From positions 8,643 through 72,642 of IMG/VR virus record IMGVR_UViG_3300025133_009061: DNA of 64,000 nucleotides. One strand, written 5' to 3'. Positions 47,129 to 56,975 of this stretch are shown piece by piece. The DNA is from a virus. Its lineage: Duplodnaviria > Caudoviricetes. The translations under genes were made by a program, and so were the position numbers. The notes below the pieces were generated by a model. The model worked only from the letters and a program-made list of their open reading frames with translations, was not told the DNA's origin and ran no database searches. Each line of letters opens with the position of its first letter. Position 1 is the first letter of the stretch.

Positions 47129-48410
47129 TACCAGTATAAACGAATACTATCCAGAAAATAAACCATCCGAAGCGGTCCCCTCTCTTGTAGCGGGAGAAGC
47201 TATTACTCCTCCAAGCGGCGCACTACTACCAGAGAGTGACGCAACACCTGAGGAACAAAAAGAGGCTCTTGGGGTAACACCTACGGAAGTAACCGATTTA
47301 GGAATAGACCTTCCAGACATTCCACTTCCTGACGACGAACCCTTAGAGGACGATATTAAAGACGAGTTTAAAGATGCCGCCTTTAATTTTGCAGTTGTGG
47401 GGGTAGGCCAAGGGGGGTCTAGAATTGCGGAATCTTTTTGGAACTTAGGTTATCGGAGAGTAGGTATAATAAATACCGCTCAACAAGATTTATCTTTGAT
47501 TAATATCCCCGATGAGAACAAGCTTCTCATAGGGGATGGGGGAGCTGGGAAAAATCCAGAAGCCGCAGATGAAGTTTTCCGGACGAGGTACGAAGACATT
47601 TTAGACTTTCTCAAGAAGACTTTTGGGAATGGATACGAAAGAGTTTTGGTTTGTGCGGGGGCAGGAGGAGGCACCGGAGCCGGAGGTGTCGCTAGGGTTA
47701 TAGATATATGCCACGACCTTAGTCAATCGCTGGGTAAAGAAAAGAAAGATACGGACGCAAAAATTGGCTGTATTCTGGCTCTTCCGACAAGGGGAGAGGG
47801 GATAAAGGTTCAGGAGAACGCCAAGAATACGGTTCTTAGAACGCTCGAGCTTCAAAAAGCCGGGGTAGTTTCTCCATTGGTCATTTTAGATAATGAAAAA
47901 ATTAAGCAACTTTACCCCAAGCTGAGCGTTAATCAGTTTTGGGGCACGGCAAACAACAGCGTCTGCTCCATCTTCCACCTCTTTAATAAGATTTCGGCGA
48001 AAGAGTCAGCTTACACCACTTTCGACAAGGCCGATCTGGATACCATTTTCTCTTCTGGGATAATCATGTTCGGAGCGACACCGGTAAAGGATTATACCGA
48101 TACGGGCATATCCTACGCGGTAAGAGATAACTTGCGCAAAAACATCTTAGCAGGGATAGACGCGGCTACAGGAAATGTGGCCGCATGCGTTATTATTGGC
48201 GACAAAGGGTCTCTCGACAGGATTCCTCAATCCAGTTTGGAGCATGGGTTTGAGCAACTGAGTCGAATGATGGGGGCTGGATCAACTGTTCATAGGGGAA
48301 TTTACGCAGGAGCAAAGGAAGGCGTAGCTGTATACACAGCGATAGGCGGCTTACAGGCTCCTGATACTCTTTTTGACTATTTCTTCAAGGTAGATCGGGT
48401 ATACAAATAA
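47121..48410 (+). CDS. Tubulin/FtsZ-family GTPase (PhuZ/TubZ-like)
   Basis: VVGVGQGGSRI, INTAQQDL, GAGKNP, signature GAGGGTGAGG, LDNEKI, T7-like TFDKADL; acidic N-terminal extension. Confidence 0.9.
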   Translation: MSDTSINEYYPENKPSEAVPSLVAGEAITPPSGALLPESDATPEEQKEALGVTPTEVTDLGIDLPDIPLPDDEPLEDDIKDEFKDAAFNFAVVGVGQGGSRIAESFWNLGYRRVGIINTAQQDLSLINIPDENKLLIGDGGAGKNPEAADEVFRTRYEDILDFLKKTFGNGYERVLVCAGAGGGTGAGGVARVIDICHDLSQSLGKEKKDTDAKIGCILALPTRGEGIKVQENAKNTVLRTLELQKAGVVSPLVILDNEKIKQLYPKLSVNQFWGTANNSVCSIFHLFNKISAKESAYTTFDKADLDTIFSSGIIMFGATPVKDYTDTGISYAVRDNLRKNILAGIDAATGNVAACVIIGDKGSLDRIPQSSLEHGFEQLSRMMGAGSTVHRGIYAGAKEGVAVYTAIGGLQAPDTLFDYFFKVDRVYK

Positions 48411-48413
48411 TAG

Positions 48414-49925
48414 ATGCCCATATACTCTAATCAGATCGAGAGTCACGTCTTAGGCGGACTTCTCAAACACCCTGATGTATTATCCGAGATAGATTCCTTC
48501 GTTAATGCAGCGGATTTTTATAATGACATTCATCAGACTATTTTTTGTGTTTTAAGGGATTCCGTCCTTAATAACGAAAAGGTAGATAAGGTACTCGTTG
48601 CCACAAAAATATCTAATCTCGGGATTTCGTCCAAAGACGACATTGACATTTATGATTACATCAATACGTTAAGTCATACGTCTATAACACGTGAGGCAGT
48701 CGCCGACTTCTGCAAAGAACTTAAGAAAGTCAGAGTTAGGAGAGAGTTAAGTGAAACCGCCGATCGAATAAAAGAGCACGTTTCCAAATTCTCAAATGAT
48801 GATTTGGATTCAATTATAGCTTCAACGGATGCCATTTATAGTGAAAAGATCCTGAGTTATTCGTTTGAAGACGCTCCGCAGAATGTTTTCGAAGATATTG
48901 AGTCGAAAATTAACGAAAGAGCAGATAACCCCGTTGAAGATACAGGGCTCATGACCCCCTTCCCCGCGTTTAACCGCCTTTATGGGGGGTTAAGGGATGG
49001 AAATATTTACGCTATCGTTTCTAGGCCAGCACAAGGCAAAACAACCTTCATAAATGAAATGTGTCTTGGGACGGCGATTAGAAATAATGTTCCGGTATTA
49101 GTGCTCGACACAGAAATGGGGACCGAGGAAATCCAATTTCGAATGGCGGCAGCACAAACAGGAGTCCCCCTTTGGCACCTTGAGACAGGGAGGTGGAGAA
49201 GCGATGAAGAAATGGCTCCCAAAGTAGAAGAGTATTTTTCGGAACTCAAAAAACACAAATATTTCCATTACCACGTCAAGAATAAAACGGCTGATGAAGT
49301 ATGTGCTATTATACGTAGATGGCACATGAGATACGTGGGCCGAGAAAACAGATGTATCGTTGCGTACGATTACGTTAAACTAACAGGAGAAAAGGTGGAT
49401 AGAAACTGGGCCGAACACCAAGCTATTGGAGAAAAGATAGACAAACTTAAACGTGTGGCTGAAGAAATAAAAGCTCCTCTCATCACCGCCATGCAAATGA
49501 ACCGTTCTGGTGAAAACTTAGTAGACGATAGTTCAGCCATCTCACTTTCCGATCGTCTCCAGTGGTTTGCTACGTTTGTTGCAATTTTCCGGCGAAAGAC
49601 GATAGACGAAATGGATAATGATGGTGAAAGATTTGGGACTCATAAACTTATCCCCCTAAAGACGCGTTTTCAAGGACGGGAAGCTGCGGGACATCAGGAT
49701 TTGATAAGAAGAAGAGTTACGGAGGTAATATATGGACAACAAGTAGAGAACGAAAAATATGTAAAAAATTATTTAAATTTTAGAGTGGAAAACTTTAAGG
49801 TAAAGGAAGAAGGAACGTTAGAAGACATAGTCAGGCACGATCACCAACCTCGTAACATTCAACCTGAAACCACCGCTGAGTCGGGAATGGATGTTTTTAT
49901 GGGGACCGGACCCACCACTACTTGA
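48414..49925 (+). CDS. dnaB: DnaB-like replicative helicase
   Basis: Walker A SRPAQGKTT, LDTEM, YDYVKL, AMQMNRS. Confidence 0.92.
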   Translation: MPIYSNQIESHVLGGLLKHPDVLSEIDSFVNAADFYNDIHQTIFCVLRDSVLNNEKVDKVLVATKISNLGISSKDDIDIYDYINTLSHTSITREAVADFCKELKKVRVRRELSETADRIKEHVSKFSNDDLDSIIASTDAIYSEKILSYSFEDAPQNVFEDIESKINERADNPVEDTGLMTPFPAFNRLYGGLRDGNIYAIVSRPAQGKTTFINEMCLGTAIRNNVPVLVLDTEMGTEEIQFRMAAAQTGVPLWHLETGRWRSDEEMAPKVEEYFSELKKHKYFHYHVKNKTADEVCAIIRRWHMRYVGRENRCIVAYDYVKLTGEKVDRNWAEHQAIGEKIDKLKRVAEEIKAPLITAMQMNRSGENLVDDSSAISLSDRLQWFATFVAIFRRKTIDEMDNDGERFGTHKLIPLKTRFQGREAAGHQDLIRRRVTEVIYGQQVENEKYVKNYLNFRVENFKVKEEGTLEDIVRHDHQPRNIQPETTAESGMDVFMGTGPTTT

Positions 49926-50821
49926 TGGATTATGACATAAAAGAAATATTGTCCGAACTGGGGTACTCCCTCCTCGACATGGGAAAGGAATACAGAACTA
50001 GTCCTCTCTACAGAGACTCAAGTAGCAACTCTGTTTTGTGTATAAAAAAGGATACGGGACGCTGGATCGACTACAAAGACCAAAGATACGGCCGGTTCGA
50101 AGAGTTGGTGCAAATCACCCTTAATCTCAAAGATATTTCCGAAGCTAAGCAATATCTGGTTAAAGAATTTCATTTTGTAGCTCCCAAGCTGGAAAAAGAA
50201 AAACTTAAGAGTCCAAAAATATTCGGGAAAGAGAACCTAAAACACATCATCCCAGCTTATTCTTATTGGACCAAACGAGGAGTGTCCCCAGACACTCTCA
50301 AGTTGTTGGAGAGCGGTGTTATGACGTCAGGAAAAATGGAAAACAGATATGTTTTTCCTATTTTTGATAGAACTAACAGGCTCGTGGGGGTAGCGGGAAG
50401 AGACATAACAAATAAGAGTCAAACTAAATGGAAGCTCGTGGGGGAAAAACGGTTATGGGTTTATCCCCTGAAGTACAATATGAAATATTTTACGAAAAAC
50501 GGGAGCGTTATACTGGTGGAGAGCATTGGTGACATGTTGGCGTTATGGGAAGTTGGTATAAGAAATGTTATTGTTACTTTTGGACTTTTTGTATCACCTA
50601 AGATCAAACAAACTTTGATGATGATTAATGCTCAAAAAATTTATATAGCTTTTAACAACGATACGAATAATGCCGGAAACGAAGGAGCAACAAAAGCCTA
50701 CCACAACCTCACTAAACAATTTGATGACTACCAAGTAGAAATAACCCTTCCTCCGAAAAATGACTTTGGAAACATGACTAAGGACGAAATACTAGAATGG
50801 AAAAGCCAAATAAAAATATAA
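49925..50821 (+). CDS. DNA primase (Toprim)
   Basis: YVFPIFD...VGVAGR, LVESIGDMLAL, IAFNND..NAG. Confidence 0.85.
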   Translation: MDYDIKEILSELGYSLLDMGKEYRTSPLYRDSSSNSVLCIKKDTGRWIDYKDQRYGRFEELVQITLNLKDISEAKQYLVKEFHFVAPKLEKEKLKSPKIFGKENLKHIIPAYSYWTKRGVSPDTLKLLESGVMTSGKMENRYVFPIFDRTNRLVGVAGRDITNKSQTKWKLVGEKRLWVYPLKYNMKYFTKNGSVILVESIGDMLALWEVGIRNVIVTFGLFVSPKIKQTLMMINAQKIYIAFNNDTNNAGNEGATKAYHNLTKQFDDYQVEITLPPKNDFGNMTKDEILEWKSQIKI

Positions 50822-51792
50822 AAGAAAGAGTCCTTTCAGCGTCCAGACTGAAAACTCTCGAGACCTGTTCTTGGTCTTACTGGTGCAACTACCACCTCAG
50901 ACTCCCCCAAAAACAAAACGAGGGAGCTCTTCGAGGCACGGTTTGTCATTTGGTTTTCGAAATGCTCGTCAAAAAGAAACACAAAAAGCACTACACCTTA
51001 ATAACCAAAGGAGGTCACATAAGGGGGAGCGCTGCGGTTTACCGTCTAGTAATGAAACACTTGATCCAAATGGAAAAAAGTTTCGACCTCCCCATGACCA
51101 ACGAGGAAAACACCACCCTCATGAATGACATGATCTTGGTAGGCTTACGTTGTGACTTTTTCGGAACAGGTGGAAAGGTGGATAAACCAGAGCACGAATT
51201 CCTACTTGAAAACAAGAACCCGCCATACAAAATAAGAGGGTTTATTGATAAACCTATCGTTTATAAAAAGAACAAACAAATAAAAATTGTAGATTACAAA
51301 AGCAGTAAATATAAATTTCGAGGGGAGGAACTTCATTCTAATATTCAGGCGATGGTCTATACGCTTGCTTCTAAAAATGAATGGAAGGGGTACAAGCCCA
51401 CTGTTGAGTTTCAATTTTTACGTTTCCCTAGGCAACCCCTTCAGCAGTTACAGTTCACAGATGCCCAATTGAGCGGTCTCGAATACTATTTATCCCACGC
51501 TTTCGGGGTAATAAATAACTTTACGGAAGAAACCGCGGTCACCAATTATGCCGCCGACAAAAAGAAAGATGCGTGGTTATGTAAAATAGGAAAATGGCGC
51601 TGTCCATACATTGATGCCTATGATTATTTTGTGGTAGTTGATAAAAAAGGAGAGGAGATACAGAAGTCTTTTAAGAAGGAGGACCTTCAAAAAGGCTTAA
51701 AAAAGGGGCAAAAAATAGAAACAAGAAGCTATGACGGCTGCCCACGACACAAAGGAATGTCTGAAGATAATATCCTTGACATGTTCGCCTAA
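50797..51792 (+). CDS. PD-(D/E)xK exonuclease (RecB/Cas4-like)
   Basis: LSASRLKT..TC, GTVCH, IRGFID, IVDYKS, C-terminal cysteines. Confidence 0.8.
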   Translation: MEKPNKNIKERVLSASRLKTLETCSWSYWCNYHLRLPQKQNEGALRGTVCHLVFEMLVKKKHKKHYTLITKGGHIRGSAAVYRLVMKHLIQMEKSFDLPMTNEENTTLMNDMILVGLRCDFFGTGGKVDKPEHEFLLENKNPPYKIRGFIDKPIVYKKNKQIKIVDYKSSKYKFRGEELHSNIQAMVYTLASKNEWKGYKPTVEFQFLRFPRQPLQQLQFTDAQLSGLEYYLSHAFGVINNFTEETAVTNYAADKKKDAWLCKIGKWRCPYIDAYDYFVVVDKKGEEIQKSFKKEDLQKGLKKGQKIETRSYDGCPRHKGMSEDNILDMFA

Positions 51793-51804
51793 AACACGTA
51801 CACT
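51776..51804 (+). promoter_or_regulatory. sigma70-like promoter
   Basis: TTGACA-17 bp-TACACT, 8 nt before ATG 51813. Confidence 0.6.
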
Positions 51805-51812
51805 CGGTGTTC

Positions 51813-52577
51813 ATGGATGAGATACTCCCCATATTTAAAAGCCATTACAGTTTGGGACGTTCAATTTTAACCCTAAACAAACCGAAAAATACTCCTGAAA
51901 ACGAAGGCGCGGATTCAATTTTTGATATTTGTCAAGAGGGCGGAATAAAAGATTTATTTCTAGTGGAAGATAATATGGCGGGTTTTTTGGAGGCTTACGC
52001 TAATGCCGAAGAGCTTCAAATAAAATTAATTTTTGGATTAAGGCTTACTTTCTGCTTGGATAACTCGAACAAAAGCGAAGAAGGGAGACGAAACTCCTAC
52101 AAGAATATAATTTTTGCTAAAAACGCTGAAGGCTACAAACAACTTATTAAAATTTATACCCGCGCTGCTCAAGAAGGGTTTTATTACGAACCTCGTATAG
52201 ATTTCAACAGCTTGAAGCAATTCTGGACCGACGACTTACTATTAACTGTCCCCTTTTATGATTCGTTTCTCTACTTAAATAAATATACCGATTCGAAATG
52301 TGTACCAGATTTTTCTTACGCTACTCCTACGTTTTTTCTCGAAGATAACGATACTCTCTTAGATCGGGACATGGGTAAGAGAGTGAAGGATTTTTGTGCA
52401 AATAAATATCAAATAATTCGCACTAAAAGTATTTATTATAAAAACAGAGAAGACTTTGGCGCGTACTTAACCTTTCGCTGCATCAACAAGAGAACGAATG
52501 TTCAGAAGCCGAACATGGACGGCATGTGTTCTGGTGAATTTTGTTACGAAAGTTACTTGGAGGTGGTAAATGGATAA
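51813..52577 (+). CDS. PHP domain of split DNA polymerase III alpha
   Basis: FKSHYSLG.SIL, VEDNMAGF, IFAKNAEGYKQLIKI, YYEPRID. Confidence 0.85.
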   Translation: MDEILPIFKSHYSLGRSILTLNKPKNTPENEGADSIFDICQEGGIKDLFLVEDNMAGFLEAYANAEELQIKLIFGLRLTFCLDNSNKSEEGRRNSYKNIIFAKNAEGYKQLIKIYTRAAQEGFYYEPRIDFNSLKQFWTDDLLLTVPFYDSFLYLNKYTDSKCVPDFSYATPTFFLEDNDTLLDRDMGKRVKDFCANKYQIIRTKSIYYKNREDFGAYLTFRCINKRTNVQKPNMDGMCSGEFCYESYLEVVNG

Positions 52578-53235
52578 TCACTTATTAAGGTTTCAAAAGA
52601 AAAAATTTCTTTTTTTAGATTTCGAGACCTTTAACCTTAACCATCATTCTGATTTTAACTTACCATGGCAGGTTGGTTTAATCTACCTCGAAACAGACGA
52701 AGGAGCCAACGGAAAAATAAGAAATAAGGAACTTTGTCGCCATGATCTGTACCTTAAATGGGATAGTGACTTACGAATTGGCAAGGAAGCTAAAAAAATA
52801 ACTGGCTACACCGAAAAGAGATTTCAAGAAAAGTGTATCCCTCAAGAAAAAGCGTTTGAGATAGTTTACGACTTGGTTGAGAAATGTGATTATATAGTAG
52901 GGCATAACGTCTTAGGTTTTGATGTTTATTTACTGAGAAATTGGTACAAAAAACACGGAAAAAAATACAATGACCTACCGTATAAAATACTCGATACTTT
53001 TGCTATGGCAAAATCAATAGGATTGAATTATGGTTATAAAAGCGCAGAATGTAGTTTGCTAGATTTTCAATTAAAAATGATTAATATCCGCAAAAAAGGC
53101 CTTCGAACCAGTTTGGGAGCTTTAGGTAAATCTTACGATGTTAAATATGACGCCTCTAAACTTCACGACGCGTTAGCTGATTTAGAGCTAAATATAAAAG
53201 TTTGGGATAAACTTAAGTATCACATAGATTTTTAA
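52570..53235 (+). CDS. DEDDh 3'-5' exonuclease (epsilon-like)
   Basis: LDFET, VGHNVLGFD, LHDALAD. Confidence 0.9.
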   Translation: MDNHLLRFQKKKFLFLDFETFNLNHHSDFNLPWQVGLIYLETDEGANGKIRNKELCRHDLYLKWDSDLRIGKEAKKITGYTEKRFQEKCIPQEKAFEIVYDLVEKCDYIVGHNVLGFDVYLLRNWYKKHGKKYNDLPYKILDTFAMAKSIGLNYGYKSAECSLLDFQLKMINIRKKGLRTSLGALGKSYDVKYDASKLHDALADLELNIKVWDKLKYHIDF

Positions 53236-53265
53236 ATAAAAGTGTAATGTAGGTATAATACCTGC

Positions 53266-53514
53266 ATGCCAAGTCTAGATTTTATATATGACATCACAGA
53301 GAAGCTGGATGAAGAAAAGCTCGATTACCTCGTGCTCGCCATCAGAGAAGGGCGCAAAGAGGACAAAGTTGATGTGTTTTTTAGGGTGGATAAAGAAGCG
53401 GAACAGGTTTTCATCGCTTCTCTCGACCGAATAAAAGAAATAATAGAAGAAAGAGATGACGACGATTGTCCGCCCACCAAGCCCAAAGCTAAAAGGAAAA
53501 GAAGAAAGAAGTAA
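53266..53514 (+). CDS. Small hypothetical protein
   Basis: Preceded by GTGTAA (53242) and a hairpin; basic C-terminus. Confidence 0.6.
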   Translation: MPSLDFIYDITEKLDEEKLDYLVLAIREGRKEDKVDVFFRVDKEAEQVFIASLDRIKEIIEERDDDDCPPTKPKAKRKRRKK

Positions 53515-56131
53515 CTTTTCCTCAAACTTCTCGCGACTCAATCTGCCCCTTCATGGAGTCCGCTTACCCAGTTTTAAAATTGAAGATAAGTATATAAATT
53601 TATTTTCTCTAAAAAAAGATATCTCTACTTACGACTTCCTAAGGACAATGTGCTTGCGAAGATTCGAAAAGCTTAATTTAAGCAAAAGCGACAAAAAGGA
53701 AGTTTATATAGATAGGATAAAACACGAACTCAAAATTCTCAAAGAATTAAATTTTGTAGATTATATACTACTTGTATGGAAAGTGGTAAATTATTGTAGG
53801 GAAAAAGATATTCCACTAGGATTAGGGAGGGGTTCTGCAGCGGGCAGCATGGTATTGTACCTTCTTCAGATAACTCAGATCGATCCTGTAAAGTATAGTT
53901 TATTTTTTGAAAGATTCGTTTCTAAGACTCGAGCCAAAAAGAAAATAGTAGATGGAGTGGTGTATCTGGACGGCTCCTTAATGTGTGATGTAGATATCGA
54001 TGTTTGCTACTACAGAAGACAGGAAGTGTTGAGATATTTAGAAGATGAATTTAAAGGTAGCACTTCGAAGATCCTCACTCTCAACACCTTAAGCGGGAAA
54101 CTCGTCATGAAAGAATGCGGTAAAGTGGTTGGAGACAAGCAGGAAACCGAGATGAACCTTGTATCTTCCCTTATTCCAAAAGTTTTTGGACAAGTAAAGG
54201 ATATTAAAGAAGCCTATGACGAAGTTCCCGAATTCGCCGAGTGGTGCGACAAAAACCCTAAAGTTTATAAAATAGCACTTAAGATACGAAACCTTATCAA
54301 AAATAAAGGAGTTCACCCTTCTGGGATTCTGCTTTCTCATGACAAAATGATAGAAAGCTGTCCTTGCGAACTTGATTCGAGTAAAGAGCCTGTTTCCTCA
54401 TTTGATATGAATTGGGTTTCCATGTTCAATGTAAAGTTGGATGTTTTGGGATTAAGGACAGTGTCTGTGGTTCACGAATGCTGCAACATTCTTAAGGAAA
54501 CTCAAAATATCAATATCGAGCCGGGAGACATCAACCTTGATGACGAATTTATATATCAAAATCTTTACGACTTAAAACAAAGACACGGATTATTTCAAAT
54601 AGAAGCGGACGCTAATTACGAAGTATGCCGAAAGGTTAAACCTAAAAACTTGGAGGAACTTAGCGCCGTGTTAGCTTTGGGTCGTCCCGGTGCATTACAG
54701 TTTGTTGACCAGTATGCTGATTATACCAACAATGAAATTTACGAACCCATCCACGTTCTTTTTGACGAAATCCTAAAGAGCACCGGGGGGGTAGCTCTTT
54801 ATCAAGAGCAGTTGATGCAAATGGCCAATGAGATAGGCTTTACGTTGGACGAAGCGGAAATATTACGTCGAATCGTAGGTAAGAAAAAAACCAAAGAGGT
54901 ACGTAAGTGGAAGAAGAAGATTCGAGAAAAAGTTAAAGAAAACAGATTAAGCAACGAGTGGATAGGGTCAAAAGGGAGCGTCGATGTAGGAGATGTCTTA
55001 TGGAAGATTCTTGAGGATTCTGCCAATTATTCGTTTAACAAATCCCATTCGATTTCGTATGCGTCTTTGGCTGCTATAACGACCTATCTTAAATTTAAAC
55101 ATCCCAAAGAGTTTTTTCTGGCTTTACTTAAGATGACGCGCTTTGAGCCGGATCCTATTGCTGAAATTGCTAAGGTAAGTAGGGAACTTCCTAAATTTGG
55201 GATGAAGTTGCTTTCACCTAATTTGCTTAAATCTAAAATGGACTTTTCAATTGAGGGAGACAATATTAGGTTTGGCTTAACTTCTATTAAGGGGATTTCT
55301 GATAAATCTATCCAAAAACTTGAGAGTTTTAAAGATAAATATTCCAACAAATTTGAAGTCTTTAATGGAGCTGGTGAGGCGGGTATAGGGGTAGGGATAC
55401 TTTCGGCGCTCATACAAGCTGGGGCGCTGGAGGACGAGTTCAATCATTCTCGAAGCCATATTGTAGCAGAGGCGCAATTGTGGAACTTGCTCACAGCAAA
55501 GGAAAAAACTTATGCTTTTGAACTCGCCGAAGAAAAGAAGTGCGATCTAATCAAGGTAGTTACCTATCTAAACAAGGTACTTAAAGATAACAAAGGTAAC
55601 CCTATCATCAAAGATTCTCGGCTAGAAACCATCAGACGAAACTTTAAGCCCTATAAGGAAATTTACGACAAAAACCGGAGGAATGAAGATTTCGCAAACT
55701 GGTATTATGAAAGTACCCTTCTGGGACATCCTCACAAAAAACCTTTACGAAAAGTAAGCGACGAGTATTCTCATCTCGAAAGTATTGAGGAAGCTTTAAA
55801 TAAACAAGACGGCGCAAAAGTCAACTTTATCGGCACGGTCGTAGATTCGTACAGTTTTACAAGCAGAAAAGGTACGCCGTCACTCAGGATGCAAATACAG
55901 GACGAGACGGGCATATGTACTTCTATGATGTTTGGCGCTACCTCTCGAAAACGAAACGATACCATCGCTAATTGCAAGCGAGATAACGGAGGGATTTTAC
56001 CGATAAAGAAAAGTATAGTTATCGTTAAAGGAATCAGGAAAGATGGCGATACCATCTTCGCCAATATCGCAATTGCTCAAGAGCAGAAAATTTTTATGAA
56101 GTTAAGCGAAATAAAGAACTTGACTTCCTAA
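53456..56131 (+). CDS. dnaE: DNA polymerase III alpha catalytic subunit lacking PHP (start uncertain)
   Basis: GRGSAAGS, DVDID, GVHPSG, KLDVLGL, YQEQLM, YSFNKSH, C-terminal OB fold. Confidence 0.93.
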   Translation: MTTIVRPPSPKLKGKEERSNFSSNFSRLNLPLHGVRLPSFKIEDKYINLFSLKKDISTYDFLRTMCLRRFEKLNLSKSDKKEVYIDRIKHELKILKELNFVDYILLVWKVVNYCREKDIPLGLGRGSAAGSMVLYLLQITQIDPVKYSLFFERFVSKTRAKKKIVDGVVYLDGSLMCDVDIDVCYYRRQEVLRYLEDEFKGSTSKILTLNTLSGKLVMKECGKVVGDKQETEMNLVSSLIPKVFGQVKDIKEAYDEVPEFAEWCDKNPKVYKIALKIRNLIKNKGVHPSGILLSHDKMIESCPCELDSSKEPVSSFDMNWVSMFNVKLDVLGLRTVSVVHECCNILKETQNINIEPGDINLDDEFIYQNLYDLKQRHGLFQIEADANYEVCRKVKPKNLEELSAVLALGRPGALQFVDQYADYTNNEIYEPIHVLFDEILKSTGGVALYQEQLMQMANEIGFTLDEAEILRRIVGKKKTKEVRKWKKKIREKVKENRLSNEWIGSKGSVDVGDVLWKILEDSANYSFNKSHSISYASLAAITTYLKFKHPKEFFLALLKMTRFEPDPIAEIAKVSRELPKFGMKLLSPNLLKSKMDFSIEGDNIRFGLTSIKGISDKSIQKLESFKDKYSNKFEVFNGAGEAGIGVGILSALIQAGALEDEFNHSRSHIVAEAQLWNLLTAKEKTYAFELAEEKKCDLIKVVTYLNKVLKDNKGNPIIKDSRLETIRRNFKPYKEIYDKNRRNEDFANWYYESTLLGHPHKKPLRKVSDEYSHLESIEEALNKQDGAKVNFIGTVVDSYSFTSRKGTPSLRMQIQDETGICTSMMFGATSRKRNDTIANCKRDNGGILPIKKSIVIVKGIRKDGDTIFANIAIAQEQKIFMKLSEIKNLTS

Positions 56132-56169
56132 CCGAAAACACCGAAACTACAAGCACTGACATAAATGTT

Positions 56170-56400
56170 ATGAAAGAGTTATTAAATTATCAATATATGA
56201 TTACGCCGGGAATCTTAAAGGTTCTGAGTTATGTGGCTATGGTTGGTTGCGTTATCGCAGGCATCTTCACGCTGTTCGCCGAGCCGATTAGCGGCATCGG
56301 CATGATTGTTCTTGGGCCAATAGTGGCTCGCATATATACCGAGTTGATGTTGGTTATGTTCGAGATACACAGCGAACTTAAAAAACTTAACAATAAATAA
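56170..56400 (+). CDS. DUF4282-like membrane protein
   Basis: MITPGILK, two TM helices, GPIVARIYTELMLVMFEI. Confidence 0.75.
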   Translation: MKELLNYQYMITPGILKVLSYVAMVGCVIAGIFTLFAEPISGIGMIVLGPIVARIYTELMLVMFEIHSELKKLNNK

Positions 56401-56408
56401 AAAACCCT

Positions 56409-56975
56409 ATGTTGCAGTTCTATAAACCTAACGCGAAGAATACCGGCTCAGCCTGCTCGTTTTCTTATAAGAAGAGTGACAAGGCTTTGTGGGTAAATTT
56501 CATCAAACAGTCGTCTTGGAACGGCCAAACCAAAAGTGGCACCTTTAAGGGATCAGGCCCAGACAAGAAGGCTTACTCGAAGTTCAGCGTCACCGAACTT
56601 GCCGGATTGGTTCATGCAATTGAAACCAATGGAGAATATGGAAATTTTCACGGAACAAGGGAAAGAAACACTACTTTTAAGTTTTGTCCCTATATGCGCG
56701 ATGGCAGCCAAGTAGGTTACAGCTTTAGCCTAAACCAGAACAACCAGAAAGAAGGAGTTAAGAAATCCTTTATTATCGGGTTTAATTTCGCGGAGGGCCG
56801 CATGCTAAAACAGTACGCTCTCACCGTTTTAAATAATTACTTTATTGATTGTATTGAAGAAAGCCAATTTAGTAACTCTCACCCTCCGACAAACAAAAAA
56901 ACAGAGGAAAAAGTAGAAACTCCAGCTCCTACCGAGGATAATAGTCAAGAGGCCGACCTTGATATTCCTTGGTAA
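56409..56975 (+). CDS. Putative ssDNA-binding protein (Whirly-like pattern)
   Basis: KFSVTELAGLV resembles Whirly FxLSxTEvgsL; acidic tail ending DLDIPW. Confidence 0.45.
   Translation: MLQFYKPNAKNTGSACSFSYKKSDKALWVNFIKQSSWNGQTKSGTFKGSGPDKKAYSKFSVTELAGLVHAIETNGEYGNFHGTRERNTTFKFCPYMRDGSQVGYSFSLNQNNQKEGVKKSFIIGFNFAEGRMLKQYALTVLNNYFIDCIEESQFSNSHPPTNKKTEEKVETPAPTEDNSQEADLDIPW

Noticed and set aside
50797-51792. Cas4 as adaptation module for the mini-array
   Set aside because: It sits in the replication operon; RecB/Cas4-like exonucleases are routine in phages and it is 10 kb from the array.
56120-56148. TTGACT promoter before the DUF4282 gene
   Set aside because: The -10 at 17 bp (GAAACT) is poor.
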